Shown here: one piece after another, positions 51,694 to 62,597 of the stretch | How positions within the stretch are numbered: position 1 is the stretch's first letter | Layout of the letters: every line of letters begins with the position of its first letter | Source: an uncultured Planctomycetota bacterium | GTDB lineage: Bacteria; Planctomycetota; Planctomycetia; Isosphaerales; Isosphaeraceae | NCBI GenBank assembly: GCA_963823665.1 | Contig: CAWGMQ010000003.1 | Span: 288,001 to 352,000, forward strand | Direction: 5' to 3' | DNA length: 64,000 bases | Notes under the pieces: generated by a model | Databases searched by the model: none | Seen by the model: the letters and a program-made list of their open reading frames with translations, nothing else | What the model was told of the DNA's origin: nothing | Program-made: the position numbers and the translations under genes

Positions 51694-51722
51694 AGTTTAA
51701 CAATTAGGGCGGGTGGTGTGAA
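51694..51722 (-). promoter_or_regulatory. Sigma70-like promoter for the DUF1501 gene
   Basis: Minus strand TTCACA-17 bp-TAAACT, with TG at the extended -10 position. Confidence 0.5.
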
Positions 51723-51899
51723 GGCGGGGATCTGCGCGCGACAGGCCACGGTAGTCAGCGGCGCCGAGATGAGATCGACCGAACGGCGCTACGATTTCTT
51801 CTGGGAATGGGAATCAGGGCGATGCTGCTCGACCGGCGGTTCCCCGCGGATCCATTTTCCTTGGATCGGCATCGTCGTTGACAGCATTTGATGCGAACG

Positions 51900-52975
51900 C
51901 TACGGCCGGTTGTCGCCGATCAGGAGGTAGCGGCCGTCCGGCGAGAACGCGAGACCGCCGAGCTTGTTGTTGTGTCCCTTGACCTCCACTTTCGTCGCGC
52001 GCCGCGACTTGCCGCGGTCGACGTAATAGAGTGTTCTTTTCTCCCCTTCGACGCCCAGGAAGTAGCAACGGCGCGTTTCGGGCCAGTAAACCGGCCAGCG
52101 CGGCGTGACGTCGAGCTCCTTGTCGCGTTGCCACAGGACCTCGATGATCTTCGCCTCGACCGGTTTGGTCACATCGATCAGAGCGATGGTGTCGCCTTCG
52201 GCGCGGGTGCTGAGCGCCGCCACGAGCGTGCCGGGCCCGGCCCAGCTCGGCCACGAGAAGATTCGGTATCCCGGAACTTCCACGGTTCCGTCGGTGACTT
52301 TCTCGAAGCTCATCACGATCGCCTGGGGGAAATCACCGAAACCCAGGAGCAGGAATTCACGCCCGTCGGGTGACCAGAACGGAACACCATATTCGCCTAA
52401 CCGACGTCGCTGGGAGCCATCGGCCTGCATCACCCACACGCCACTGTCGGCCCCGAGCTCGTTTCCCGGATTGAGCAGAAAGGCGATCTTCCTGTCGTCT
52501 CCGGAGAAGGTCGGGCAATTACCCGGGCCGAGATCGGTGTAGGTGGGGTGCCCGTCGCGGACGTCGAGCGCCATCAAGCGCGATCGACGCACCTCATTTC
52601 CCGGCGTGGCGGAGAAGATGATCCGCTTGCCGTCATGCGACCACTTGGGCGGGCCACCGCACAAAGCTAGACCTCGCGCGGGCTCGTCGGCGACGAGAGT
52701 TGTTCCTCCTTCGACGAGGTCCAACACGTACAACTGCATTCGCTCTCCCTCGATCGAACTGCGTGGGGGAGGATGGCGTTTAAGTGCATCGACCAGACGC
52801 GTGACAGCCGCGGCGACTTTCACGCTTGCGAACCTTGACAAGCTCCACGATGGCGCTCGTGCCGGCGGCCGGAACTTGAGCGGCGCGAGACAACAGTCAA
52901 GGTCGGCCCGCCGTCGGGCGGGAGGGCACAAACCAGTGCCGCGATGCCGAAGAGTTTCAACTTGGAGGTCTTCAT
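51900..52975 (-). CDS. TolB-like beta-propeller protein (likely 5' frameshift)
   Basis: Repeated PKWSHDG, PTFSGDD, PFWSPDG, LAFSPDG blades; signal-like MKTSKLKLFGIAALVCA in an upstream frame. Confidence 0.8.
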
Positions 52976-53100
52976 GGTCTAGAGAATCCCTCGAGCAGGC
53001 GAGATTCGTGCCGCCAGTTTCCTGAGTGATCCCGTCCTTGATCGCGCGTCGATTGACAAGACGACGATTGCGCCTCGGATAACTTCCGAGGCGCATTTGT

Positions 53101-55331
53101 TCAAGGCCCGATGACGGCCGCGCAGGCCTGGCGGAGGTATTCTTCGAAGGGCCATTCTCCGCTGCTCCCGGTCTGGCGAGTGATCACCAGGTCCAGGCTG
53201 GGTACAAACGCGATGATCTGGCCTCCGGAGCCGGGCTTGGATCGGGCGTCGGCGGGGATTCCCTTGCCGCTGCGGCCGCGCTCGCCGGTCAAGCGTGCGG
53301 GCAGCTCCCATCCGTGGGAGAAGTTCTCGGCGTTCATCTTGAAGCGCATTTCCAGCCCCTGCACTTTGTGGGTCGGCGCGGCCGTTTGAGCGACGAACCA
53401 TTGCGGGATCACTTGCTTGTCGCCCCAGCGGCCGTTCCTGACCATACAATATGCGATCCGTGCCATGTCGCGCGCGGGCATACCCATGTGTTGTGACGAA
53501 TGACGGCCGTACATTGGCCCTCCATCGTAGAATTGAAACCACCAGTGCTCGATTCCAAGCGGTTTGAATAACGCGTCGACGGCATACTGGTCGTAAGGCT
53601 TGCCGGTAACCGTCTCGCACACGAGGGCCGCGTGTTCGAGCGCGTGCGTCGAGTAGCCGCAGGCTGTCCCCGGATCGAACGCGAGCTTGGCCGTGCGCGC
53701 GTCGCCGCTCTTACCAAGAATGTAATCCCACGTACCGTCGTTGGGCGCGCCGAACGCTTCCGGACAGATCCCCGACGTGTGATTGAGCAGTTGCTTCACG
53801 GTGATCTGGGCCTTACGCGGATCGGAGAGCGGCTGTGCCCAGGGGATGAAATCAAACGCGTGGTCGTCGAATGTCATCTTGCGCGGCAGACGGCCCTGCC
53901 GGCTCTCTTCGGAGGCGATGGCCAGAACCGTGGCGCAGATGGCTTTCGAACACGAGGCAACCCGAGCCGTATTCGAGACGGAACTATTGCGGCGTTCCTC
54001 TTCCAGCACGATGTAACCGTGCCGAATGACAACGGCGGCAAACCCGCGCTCATCCGAGTCGCGGAGCCATGCGCGGAGCTTGCCCAGCTTGGCAGGGTCC
54101 ATCGCTGCGATCGTGCGGATCGAATCGGGGTCGTCTAGCTTCGCCAGCCGCCCTGGGATTCCGGTGGCGGAAAGTAATCACTCCAGCCGGCGGCGGGGCC
54201 CGGATCAGAGCGGAGGACGGAGGACGGAGGGCGGGGGACGGAGCCGCGCGCGGGGAAAGGCCCGATCGTGGCGCGGTCAGTTCTTTCAATTTCGCGTAGA
54301 CGACCGGATCGTCACGCGCTCCCTCGAAGCGAAACGGGTAACGCTGATTAACCTCGTTGGCCATGAACCCCCACGAGGCACCGTGCGTGATGCACAACTC
54401 GGCTGCGGCGGCGGCAGTTTCATTCAACTTGTCATCTTCGTTGCAGACGATCGGTTTTGCGTATTTCTTGAGTGCCGCGATGCGGGCGGGTATGTCGGCG
54501 AGCGCGGTGTCGTTGAGGTGGATGAGCAGGAAGTCGGCTGCCCTGGCGACCTGTTCGGGACAGCGTCCGTCTCCGAGCCCGGCGGTGGCGACGAGCAAGC
54601 CCGGCGCTGCCTTTTGTGCCAGGCGAATCAGCTCGACCTGGCCATCGGCGGTTCGGAGCAAAGGGTGGTCGAAACCGCTATGACCAAACTCGTTGGTGAT
54701 TTCGAGCACGACGTTCTGGAAGCCGCATTTCCGGATCCAGCCCGCGGCATTCGTGACCGCAGCGCGCACGGCGTTTTCGTCTTTCAGGACCTGGTCTTGC
54801 CGCTGGTAGAAGCAGCCGAGGATGATGATCAGACCGTGCCGGTCGCACGCCTCGATGACACGCCGCACGCGGGCGAGATACGACTCGCGCAGCGACCCAT
54901 CCCGCGCGAACGCCGAGTTGAGAGCCCCTTCGTACCGAGGCCTGCCGCCCTGCAAGCAGATCGTGAAGGCAGCGACGCCATGCGCGGCATAGTCGGGCAG
55001 ATGCGACAGGAAACGGTTGGTGTTTGCCTCGGGGTCGAAGTCCGGCTTGTGAAGGTCCTCGAACACCGAGTTCACCATCCGCACATTCATAAGCAGGCCC
55101 TCTGCGCGCGTGCCGCGATACGTCAGCTCGCCATTCTTGCACCACCTGTCCGCCTGTAATGAAACCCTGGTGTGTGCAGTGAACGTCTCTGTGCCCTTGG
55201 GCACCTGGCCGGCGCGTGTGACCGATTCCGATGAGCCAGGCGCGACCGCACCGAGTGCCAGAAGAAGGGGGCCGAGGCAAGGGCGGAATGATCGCCCGGA
55301 GGCGCGTGCTGCGCTGTGGCATCAGCATCAC
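53101..55331 (-). CDS. Fusion of a GH-A-like TIM-barrel domain and a beta-lactamase-like serine hydrolase (frameshifts near 55290 and 54175)
   Basis: EGLLMNVRMVN...LEITNE...IVCNED; then YFPPPESQGGWR, ASCSK (SxxK), LLNHTSG, YST, KPGSGGQ. Confidence 0.75.
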
Positions 55332-55618
55332 CTTTGCGTCATTCTAGCTTTCGTGGCAACGTCTTCCGCGTCGTGGACATCAACCTCAAGATCCGTGATC
55401 CAGGCGCACAAGGTCAATAGCGAGTTGAAATGACGGTCCCTGGCCGTTCGCGCGTGGATCTGCATTTTTCAGGCTGGGCTGGAACCGTTAGGCCAAAACA
55501 AGTTTAATTAATAGTGTGGTATCGATCGAAGCCTGTTATAGCCGACGGAGCACGAATTCGGTACAGAGGGTTTCGAAACGGAACAATCATCGTCTGATTC
55601 TTGCGGAGGAACGTGGTC

Positions 55619-56199
55619 ATGCCAGTCGACGACGACTTCGCTGATTTGATGGCGCGAGCAAAGGCGGGGGACCAAGCGGCGATCCGTCTGTTCGTATCAC
55701 GGTTCGGCCACGAAGTTCGAATGATGGTGCGTGCGCGCCTACCGCAGCGGTTGCGAGCCCAATACGATTCGACTGATTTCGCGCAAGCGGTCTGGCTGAG
55801 TTTCTTCGCAGAATTGCCAAACGATGCGCCGAGTTTTCAAAAAGTCGTGCATCTGCGCCGATACCTGGCCGGCGTCGCGCGGAACAAGATCTATGAGCAG
55901 CACCGCAGACTGACCAGGACGGAGAAGTATGACATCTGCCGAGAGGAGCGGTTGTATGTGCGCGGGACGGGCGCGATGTTCCGCGGGATGTGATCTCGCC
56001 CGATCCTTCTCCCAGCCAAGCCGCGCAGGCGGAAGATCGTTTCGATCGACTGGTTGAAGGACGCACTCAACGCGAAGTCGATGTTCTCCAACTGCGAAGT
56101 CTGGGTCTGACTTTCGAGGAGATCGAGGCGCGAACCGGCATAAAAGAGCGGACGGCACGGCGAATCATCGATGCAGCCCGAGCGCGGATGGGGGTTTAA
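55619..56199 (+). CDS. ECF sigma factor (frameshift near 55965)
   Basis: FADLMARAKAGDQAAI, YDSTDFAQAVWLSFF, DPSPSQ, GLTFEEI...ERTARRII. Confidence 0.88.
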
Positions 56200-56201
56200 C
56201 G

Positions 56202-59200
56202 ATGACGCTCGCTCGAGAGTCATTGGCGGACAGCTATCTCGATTGGTCCGACCCTTGTGAGACCGAGGAATCGATCGAGCTGATCTATCGGGAATTCTGT
56301 CTGCTCGAGGCTGCGGGCCAGAATCCCGACAAATCCCAGTACCTGTGCCGCTTCCCTCGCTATGCGGAGGCGCTCGAGCGACTGCTTGGGTTACACCATG
56401 CTTGCTCACCGTCGTTCTTGGTGCGTTGCGAGACGTTGTCTCCCGAGAACCGAGAATCTACCCAGCGCCGGGTGCTCGGTCGGGCCGTATTTCCTATGGC
56501 GCGAACTGGGACGAGGCAGTTTCGCACGAGTCTTCCTCGCCGAGCAGATCGACCTCGAAAACCGTCTGGTGGTTGTTAAAGTCGCGACGCATTTCACACG
56601 CGAGCCCTGGTTACTGGCTCGGGTGCGGCACCCTCACGTTGTCGAGGTCGTTTCCCATGCCCTCCTCGAGGACTTCGGCTTTCATCTGATCTGTATGCCG
56701 TTCCTGGGCGGCGCGACGCTCTTGTCGGTGCTGGCAGAGAACAAAAGGCGGTGGCCAGTAGCCACCGGGACACACTTGCTCAGGAACCTGGACGCCGTTG
56801 CCGCGCCCGAGTTTCCTGTCTCGGGTGCTGCGCGTCCCGCGCGAAATCGTGGCGGCGTTATCCTTCGACCAAGCTGTGGCGTGGATCGGTGCACGTCTGG
56901 CGGAGGCGCTTGATTACGCATTCACCAAAGACGTCGCTCACGGGGATGTGAAACCTTCAAACATCCTGCTTGCAGCCGACGGCAGCCCGATGTTGCTCGA
57001 TTTCAACCTCGCGCGCGAAGGCTCGCCGGTCCTGGCAATGGACCTCGTCGGCGACCCGGGCGGGACCTTGCCTTACATGGCGCCCGAGCGTCTTTGCGCC
57101 TTGTCCGGCAGTGCATCAGTCCGGGCTGATCTGACGGCGTCTGGCGAGCGTGCGCGGAGTACGTCGTCTCTGGCCGATACGGAGCGTACTTCGTTCGATG
57201 GCGACACACTCGCCGGCGTTCGGGTTCACCAAGCTGACATCTACTCGCTCGCTGTCGTTTTGCTCGAGATGCTCACCTGCCAAAGTCCGGCCGAGTCGAG
57301 CGCCGGGCGGGGACAGATCCCAGGTGCGGCGTCGGGCATATGCGAGTCAGCCACGACGCTTTTCGCAGATGCCCAGGCTCGCAGCGCAGCGTTTGCCACT
57401 AGACCGAGCCGAGACCGCTAGCGGCCGGACCATTCCGCCCGGTCTTCGGGCAGCTCTCGAGCACGCGCTTGATCCTACTCCTGCACGCCGCTATCAACGC
57501 GCGCGAGACTTTGCGGAGGATCTCGACCGCTGGCGAACAAACCGCCCCCTTGCTTTTGCGGTCGAGCCTTTCTGGCGATCCACGATCCCGAGCTGGGTCA
57601 GACGCCGGAAGCGATTTCTGTTGGTTGCGGCCGCGGCGTTATCGCTTGTGCTAGGTCTTCCCAGCACGATGCTGATGTTTCTAAGCGGTCGAAGACTTCA
57701 GGAGGATTTCGCACGATACAACCTGAACCGGCACTGGAATGGAACCGAGGCTTACCGGTTTCGGCCCTTGACGTCGGAATGGCTGGAAGACCCAGTTCGA
57801 GGCTCGGCCTATTTCCGCTTGACTGACCCCGGAGATCCCAGAGCACTCGAGTCAGCCCGACGTGCCCTTGAGGACTTCGGCGTGTTCGGCCCAGGAGACT
57901 GGCGCCGAAACGAGAGTTTCAACTACCTTCGTGGCGCCGAGCGCGAGGATCTCGAGCTATGGCTGATGGAACAGGCCTATCGATATTGCGTGGCGCTGTC
58001 CGAACGCCCGGAGTCGCGCCATGACTGGGAACGAGCACGGAATTTGCTGGAACGTCTTGAGAAGACAAATCCACTACTGGTCTTTGCGAATCTGGCCGCT
58101 TCGCTGAATTCTAAACTCGATCCTGCGGGTTCGAACGTCAGCCATGCCGTGCGCCCCGTTATCGATCCAGATCAGAAGTTCGGTCCTTACTCCCAATCGG
58201 CTCCGGCCTGGATGAATGAGTATCTTCTGGGTGTTGCGGCCGAATTTGAATTTGAGGTGTCCGAGAAGCGGCCGTTTCCGTTGCCAGGCGATCTGGCCAA
58301 CCTCGACTCCCGGGCCATCCGCCCGCCTATCCTTGGGCGCGAAAGCTCCGCGAGGGCGCTCGAGCACTACCGAAAGCTCCTGGCAATCCGGCCCGAGTCG
58401 TACTGGGGCAACTATCGTGCAGCCGGTGTTTGCTATGTTCTGGGTGCCTTCGCGGAATCTGCGCAATATCTCGCATGCTGCCTGGCGATTCGACCCGAGA
58501 ACGCCGTCATCCGCGGCCAACGAGCCGACTGCCTGGCGTGGCTCGGGAGGTATTCTGACGCGCTCAAGGAATGCGACCAAGCTCTCGACCGAGCTCCTGA
58601 TCTACCTGAGCTGTACAGGATCAGGGCTTTTATTCGAGCCGGCTCGGGCCAGACAAATGGTTCTCGCTGCCGACATCGAACACTTCGAAGTGCTGAGGCG
58701 CCTTTTGCCATCGGAATTCCCAAACGACGCGATCAAAACGGAGCAAAGTGAGTCTCTAGTGCTGTCAGACACAAAAGTTCACGGTCTCGCTGAGCTGTCG
58801 GGCGGTTTCGGTCTGCACGCGACTCTCGAGGGTCGTCCGTATCTTTCATCGCGGACCAGCCAGGTTTCGGCGGTGGATCGCGGTGAGTTAAGCGTGCGGC
58901 TCGACCTCGCGTCCAAGATTCGGGATGCAGGTGACCGAGAACTCGCGTCGAGCGAATATGCGAAAATCCTGCTGCTTGATCCCGATCACCTCCCGGCCCG
59001 CACATTTCGAGCCTTGAGTGCCATAGACCACGAGAGCTTCGCCCAAGCCGAGTACGACCTTCAACTGGTTTTAAACCATCCGCACTTAATCGAATACTTG
59101 CGCTGGAATCCTACCCTTCTCCGTTCGATGCTCCAGGCCCCTCGACGATTCTCACTGAGCGGCCGGGCAGAAGAAGGTCAAGCGCTAGCACGTAAAGTGG

Positions 59201-59481
59201 CCGACTGCGCGAACGCGCTGCACCAACTCAGAAGCGAGTCCCATTACAACCTCGCGCACGCATACGCGGTTTCGGCGCGTGAGAAACCCGAATTCGTCGC
59301 TCGGGCTGCAACTCAGTTATGGTGGGTTCTCGTGACACATCCTGATTATCAGCATTACTACATCCAAGATTCGACGTTTGACGACGTTCGAGACCAGATC
59401 GACCGAGAATTACGCGACAAGCCCGACCCGGCGGAGGAGTACCGGCGTGCGGTTGCCGATCGCCTCGTGCAACCAAACTGA
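56202..59481 (+). CDS. Atypical Ser/Thr kinase with TM helix and C-terminal TPR region (frameshifts near 56460, 56840, 57400, 58660)
   Basis: ELGRGSFARVFLA, VVVK, HGDVKPSN, LDFNL, GGTLPYMAPE, ADIYSL; TM segment FLLVAAAALSLVLGL; TPR-like helices. Confidence 0.85.
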
Positions 59482-59810
59482 GTGCATGCATGATTGCACG
59501 CCCAGCTTTGAGTTTTTCGAGGGATTGGCACAGTTTTCGTTAGGATGCTCATGGGGTGGTTTGGGCCCGGGGTGGTGTGCGCGCTTTTGGACTCGAGCCC
59601 GGCTTTCGCGTAGCGTACGCGGTGGTAATCGTTTCCGGCTATGACGGATGGGCATTGGGAATCGCGGGTGCTTGGTCTGGGGTTGTCAGGAAAAAGCCCG
59701 TACAATCCGATCAAAAGAGGTGGAATGATTGCGAGGCGCAGGGAATCGGAAGTGGAGCATGCTTCCGGACGATCTCGCATGATGAAGCGACCGTGTAGAC
59801 GGAGTGGCTC

Positions 59811-60671
59811 ATGGGCGCGATGTTGGTGCGTCGATCGCACGGGGCCGGACGGTTGGTCCGGCTTGTGCTCGGAGTTGTTGCGAGCTGGGCGCTGATTGCG
59901 ACTCCGGTCCGTGGCGGACTGGGCGCGCGTCATACTGACCCTGCGCAGGTGTTGCCTCTCGACCAGGTTCCAACCGAGCATCGCGAAAGTGTTTCCGAAG
60001 TGATTCGGGAGCACACGTTTCACCGCCTGGGCGAGCCCGACAGCTTTCCATGCCCGGGGAGCCTGTATCTCAGCCTGTTGGATGAGCCTCTCGTGCCGCT
60101 CTCGTTGTGGAAGGACCTGAGCACATCGCCGGTGCAGCTCCAGAAGGTCGGTCCGAACCGCTACGAGGGGACGGACGGCGCGGGGTCTACCGCGGTCTGG
60201 GACTTCGTGCTACGGAATCCACGGCTCCATGTTCTGCTGGCCTACTTCACTTACATCAGCCCACGAGGGAATGCGCGAGTCGAAGCTCGCATCGTGCTGA
60301 TCGTGAGGTCGAGCTACGCTGTGGACGCCAGCAAGGAACCCTGGGTACGGCACGACGTGGAAGCGTTCGTGAAGGTGGACTCCAAGGGCTGGAAGACGCT
60401 GGCACGAACGGTCCGGCCCGTGGTGGAGAAGGTCCTGGAAGAGCAGGTGCGTGAAGCGGGACACTTCGTGTCGCTGATGAGCCGCCTGGTGATCACGTAC
60501 CCCAACTGGGCGTGCCAAACGATCGCCAATCAACCCGCCATCGACCCGGCGACGAAGATGCAGTTCCAGACGGCCGTGATCCGTAACCGGAAGGCCGGGG
60601 CTTCGCGAGGACGGCCGGTCGTGATGCAGGACCAGAATGATCAGCAGGCGCAAGATGGGCGGCGGCGGTGA
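59811..60671 (+). CDS. Conserved hypothetical exported protein
   Basis: Signal-like N-terminus, GGAG RBS, host-like codon bias. Confidence 0.75.
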   Translation: MGAMLVRRSHGAGRLVRLVLGVVASWALIATPVRGGLGARHTDPAQVLPLDQVPTEHRESVSEVIREHTFHRLGEPDSFPCPGSLYLSLLDEPLVPLSLWKDLSTSPVQLQKVGPNRYEGTDGAGSTAVWDFVLRNPRLHVLLAYFTYISPRGNARVEARIVLIVRSSYAVDASKEPWVRHDVEAFVKVDSKGWKTLARTVRPVVEKVLEEQVREAGHFVSLMSRLVITYPNWACQTIANQPAIDPATKMQFQTAVIRNRKAGASRGRPVVMQDQNDQQAQDGRRR

Positions 60672-60830
60672 TCGGGGGCTGACGGCGCTGCGGCTCGTCG
60701 TTCGGTTGGAACGTCGAGCGCCACGGGTGTTTTTCCGACACTGAGCGCCGGGCCGAGGCGTGGCGGCGGTGAATCGGATCGAGCGCACGCCCGTCCGGAC
60801 GGATCGGCCGCGCGCCGAGTTTGGGGCAGA

Positions 60831-61547
60831 TCACCCCAATCGTTGTGAATTCACAAACGAGCACACGATCACGGCTCGTTCCGGTCCCGCGCCGGGACGG
60901 CGGTGGAGCGTGCAGCGCACTCCGAGTGCCCTTGCGCGGTCCATGGCCGTCATCAACAAAGTTAGGCCGAGCGGGACGGAGAGGCTCGGCACGGCCATCG
61001 CGGTAGATCGTCGTCGGGCCGTACAGCGTCCAGACCGAACGGACGTACAGGCCATCTGCATGCAGCTTGTCCACGAGCGGGTTCGCGGAACCGGCAGGTT
61101 CGTGACGTACGTCCAAGTCGACGAGACGAAGGGTTTCTTCAGGGAGAGCCTGCACCAGCAAACGCTCGAGCCAGCAACGGTAACGGTGGAGATGCGGGAA
61201 CCTCGACCATCGCTTTGAGCCCGGACGAGGTGCGGTCCTCGCGCCTTTCAGCTCTTTGAGCAAGTGATCGCCAGGGCACAGCGGCGTGGGCACCAGAGCG
61301 AATCCCCGCCCCATCATCTCCGACCTCACCCGAGCGACAAGGCTGCCGCGCAACCTTGGCACTTGAAGTTCCGCTCGCAATTGTGCTTTCCGTTCCTGGC
61401 TCCGAGAATTGGCCCGCGCCCTCGATCCAGTCTCGCGTCCGCCCAGAAAGCTCGAGGGGCAGGGTCACCTGCCCTGCAACGCGGTAGACACCTCGACTCC
61501 GAGCCAAGTTCGGTGTCAATGCGGCGGCCGCGCGGCGTTGACTTCAT
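60831..61547 (-). CDS. DUF1826-like (2OG-Fe(II) oxygenase fold) protein, frameshifted, start uncertain
   Basis: KLHADGLYVRSVWTLYGPTT (HxD) and TLLMTA...TLHRRPG...R (distal His) across two frames. Confidence 0.55.
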
Positions 61548-61788
61548 AGGTTGCACGAAATCTAGTGCTTTGCCACAACCAAGACTTCGGGTTCGAGTTG
61601 CCGAGAGAATCTGGCAAATCAGCCGGACGCTCAATCCCATCGACCCGAAAATCAAGTTGTGACAAAGCACTAGTCTCATGCTTTGCTGTGCCTCGTTAAC
61701 TTATCGGCGGCCACCCGCAAAGTACGAGCGGCAGAGAACGGCGGCAATCCGTCAAGAGACGGTGCCAGACGAGAATTGCGGAGCAGAA

Positions 61789-62037
61789 TTAGGAACCTGG
61801 ACCGCCTGGCCCAACGGGCGGCAGAATTGGGTAGTCGATGGGAGGATCGTCACCGGGATAAGGTGGCGGCGCCGGTTCTGGTTCCGGCGGTGGGTCGTCA
61901 TCATCCAGACTAGAGCAACTAAAAGTCGAAATTGCGGCAACTCCGACGGACACGCACATTGACGGCGACGTCGGAATCCGTTTCGCCTCAAGTATTTCCA
62001 ACGAATTGAGGCGATCTAATGTTCGGTCTCTACGCAT
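61789..62037 (-). CDS. Small (82 aa) Pro/Asp-rich peptide with a planctomycete LE-x-LE-x-[KR] N-terminal motif
   Basis: GGAG RBS; SLEILEAKRIPT followed by DDDDPPPEPEPAPPPYPGDDPPIDYPILPPVGPGGPGS. Confidence 0.7.
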   Translation of the reverse strand: MRRDRTLDRLNSLEILEAKRIPTSPSMCVSVGVAAISTFSCSSLDDDDPPPEPEPAPPPYPGDDPPIDYPILPPVGPGGPGS

Positions 62038-62597
62038 CGCGTTACTCCGGTGTACTCGTTACATTACCTAATTAATGGACGTGGACACTCGATGTCAGAG
62101 ATCGAGAATCCCCGCCTATAGAGATGATCTACAAAAGACAGATTCCAGTTGCCAAAAAGATGTGGTATTCGTCCATTTCCAGCGATTTTTTTTCGGAGTG
62201 ACGCGTCCGTTGTCGGATCCGACGACGACATTCTCCCGAAGCATGGCTGCCGTTTCGCGCGTCCAGCATCACTCGCAGCCGGAGCGTTTGTTCCCGCTCG
62301 TGAATGACCTGAGTCGCATGCGCGCGCCTACGACCGATCGTGCGGCAGAATCAGATTCCGTGCCCTATCCCACGTAGGACCTCAAATTCATCGTGAATTC
62401 GGACAACAGGCCAGTCCGAGCACGCTCAAGCGGACTTCCGTCGTCCTTTACCGTATTGCCGCGATCCGTTATCGTGAGGACGTGGAGACCAATCGTAACG
62501 CCCGTAACCTAAGGCACTGGCGCGAAGCGGGCCTGATGGGACAATCGGACTGGATCCTATCTTCTCACTTGCCAGTTTCCCCAGAAGGATTCGAGCG

